Source: Heptranchias perlo (taxonomy: Eukaryota). From it: 64,000 bases of DNA. Location: the NCBI RefSeq assembly GCF_035084215.1, contig NC_090366.1, positions 3,596,001 to 3,660,000 on the forward strand. Reading direction: 5' to 3'. A program made the translations under genes and the position numbers. This document shows positions 61,540 through 64,000 of the stretch, piece after piece. The notes beneath the pieces are model-generated. The model saw only the letters and a list, made by a program, of their open reading frames with translations. It was not told where the DNA came from and did no database searches. The first letter of the stretch is position 1, and each line of letters opens with the position of its first letter.

Positions 61540-63950
61540 TGGGTGTGTGACGCGCGGTTGGATGACACGGGGAGACCCCCAGTGAATGGTAGGGTCGGAG
61601 GCCGCCCTCTTACATTCCTTTGGGACACGAACCACTGTTAACACCACTCAGATCAATGACATAGATTGGAAAATTCAAAACAAAATTATTCTAATTGGAT
61701 TCACAGGGCATTCACAAGTGGGATATGTGAGTGTACCGTTGGAAGTCGGTGTGGGAGACATAGTGATAGAGCATTCAGTGGTCCTTATTAAATTACCCAG
61801 AGAAAAAGAACATATATTGGGGAGTGACTATATGGCCCAAAGCGGGAATTTGCTTCGACCCCGTTAAGTGCATGATTTGGCCAATGCCTTTGCGTATCGG
61901 CAGTATAAATCTCACACTCGTCCCGGTGGGGGAATATCAGGATAGGATATGCACGATCGGAGAAATGTGGATAGAATCAGGAGAAATGAGTAACGATCGT
62001 GAAGTACAACAAATTATTGCACAAAACTCAACAGTATTTGCGCGACATATACGTGACTGTGGGAAAATGACCGGGAGTGTGTGTATACAAGGTCCAGACA
62101 CCAAACCTCAAAAGCAGTATGGTTTCCCAAAGCAAGCAGGGATAGAGAAGGTGATACAGAGTCTGCTGCAGCAAGGGATATTAAGACCAATAGCTTCTAT
62201 TAATAACGCGCCTATTTGGCCAGTGAGGAAACCCGACGGTAGCTGGCGACTAGCGATAGACTACAGAGAATTAAATAAAGTCACCCCGATAACAGCCCCT
62301 ACTGTAGCAACTAGCCCAGAGACAGTAGTTCGACAAAACGAGGATGCGCAGTGGTTTACGGTTTTGGACATAAGTAACGGTTTTTGGTCTATTCCAATGG
62401 AGAAAGAATGTCAATATAAATTTGCATTTACTTTCCAAGGACAGCAGTATACATGGACCGCCCTGCCACAGGGGTTTCACAATTCCCCGTCCATATTTCA
62501 CCAACGGCTGAGGGAAGGGTTAAAAGGATTCTCAAGGCCTGAATGTCTAGTACAGTATGTAGACGACTTACTCCTACAAACTGAAACCAAGAAGGAACAT
62601 TATCAACTGCTAATTGAATTACTGCAGTTGTTACATGACTTGGGATTAAAGATTAACCCTAAAAAAGCGCAGATCATGAAACAAAAAGTTAGTTTCTTGG
62701 GAATGATTCTGACGCCGGGACGAAGGGACATTGACAAGCGAAGGGTAGAGACGGTTGGCAGACTCCCTGTTCCACGGGATGTAAAAGGGTTAAGGTCCTT
62801 CTTGGGGTTGGTGGGATATTGCAGGGACCATATTGATGGATTCGCCACAAAGGCGGCCCCGCTGATGGAATTATTAAAAAAGAATGTGGCCTGGGATTGG
62901 AAAACAGAACACAGCCAGGCCATGACTGATCTAAAGCAAGCACTAGCTGCCGCGCCTGCTCCAAAAAGCCCAAATCCAACTGAGCCGTTTTCATTGGAGG
63001 TGGCGACCACAGACACCACCCTCTCGGCAGTTCTATTACAGGAGACACACGGGAAATTAAGACCAGTAGCGTACGCCTCACGTATGCTCTCACCAGTAGA
63101 GCAGGGGTATACGGTATGCGAAAGACAATTGCTCGCTGTCTTTTGGGCAGTGCAGCATTTTACCTATATAGTGGGACTAAACCCACTTACAATATTAACA
63201 GAACACACCCCCGTACAGCTACTGTTAGACAGAAGGATTAAGGATGGTTCAGTTAGGCAAAATAGAATCGCTAGATGGACATTGTTGCTGCAAGGGAGAA
63301 ATATAACCATAAAGCGGGTTAAAACCACAACTATGTTAGGAGACAACTTAGTTTATCAGGGAGAAAAACATGAGTGTCAATTGTTGATAGCAAATGACCC
63401 CAAGGGCCCATTTGTATCAAAACCAAAAGGAAGGGGTAAGTCGGGGCCTGAAAGCAGAAAGACAAAGGAAACAGGAAAGGAAGAACCCTATTTTATTTTT
63501 TTTGTGGATGGCCCTTCATTAGTACAGGATGGGGAAAAGAGAACTGGCTATGGGATATACATAGAGTTGAGCCCCGGACAGAGAGTAATGATTAGAATAC
63601 AACAGCCCACCTCATTCATGAGTCCAAAGTTTGCCGGTCCCGATGAGATAGTAGGCAAAGCTAGCCCATCTGTAAACAGGATATTAACGGCACCAGATAA
63701 GAGTGGCTGGTGCCACATTAATCAGCTAAAGTTGGTAGGAGAAAAACAAGATAATCACCATTGGCATGTGCTGCTCGATGATAACGATGTTCCGAATTCT
63801 GAAGGTCAGGGAGATCAAGAACAGGACCAGCTGCAGGTCCAAGAGGAGGTGATTGAAAACAAATTTGATACTGTCCGTTCACATGCAGAGGCGAATCCAG
63901 GGAAAAAACGAAAGGGGCATAAAACAAAAAGGGTGAATAAGTGGGTTTGA
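61540..63950 (+). pseudogene. pol: pol: degraded protease, RT, degenerate RNase H tether, truncated RNase H fused to integrase C-terminus
   Basis: WPVRKPDGSWRLAIDYRELN, LDISNGFW, LPQGFHNSP, YVDD; RPVAYASR..CERQLLA; FVDG..GYG; PKFAGP..HINQLK. Confidence 0.9.
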
Positions 63951-64000
63951 AGAAACGGACGGTTAGAATCTGAAACAAATTGGGAACAGGATATGGACGG

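Larger units (their letters stand above)
58891..64000 (+). mobile_element. Defective endogenous retrovirus-like LTR element (5' LTR, gag, pol); continues beyond the window
   Basis: Paralogy with 8700 and 34960 breaks exactly at TGTTGG; LTR, PBS, gag, protease relic, RT, tether, RNase H start and integrase C-terminus follow in order. Confidence 0.92.

Overview
Vertebrate genomic DNA, most likely from a cartilaginous fish (shark/ray); this is inferred from the CR1 LINE and Deu-type SINE repertoire. The window holds a tandemly duplicated cluster of four minus-strand Siglec-like (sialic-acid-binding Ig lectin; MAG/CD22/CD33-related type) receptor loci, whose exons I rebuilt by hand from splice sites. 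Gene A (819-3603) has leader, V-set and C2 exons and runs off the left edge. A V-TM pseudogene lies at ~14.2-16.5 kb. Gene B (18865-31592) is an inhibitory type with 4 Ig domains, a neutral TM and two ITIM-type motifs, but has one nonsense codon. Gene C (47158-53822) has 3 Ig domains, an Arg in the TM and a short tail without ITIMs, so it looks like an activating receptor. B and C together resemble a paired inhibitory/activating Siglec system. The Ig3 exon of gene B is bracketed by 185-bp inverted repeats and is deleted in gene C from within one arm. Each duplicated unit also carries a ~50-bp and a 24-bp minisatellite and an orphan plus-strand ITIM exon. The last intron of gene C contains a nest of four CR1 LINEs, including a young copy with intact ORF2 and a ~770-bp inverted pair. 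The right end is the 5' part of a defective retrovirus-like LTR element: 766-bp LTR, tRNA-Asn PBS, gag, and pol with tether plus second RNase H, with the integrase core deleted. All calls come from manual reading without database searches; repeat boundaries are approximate.
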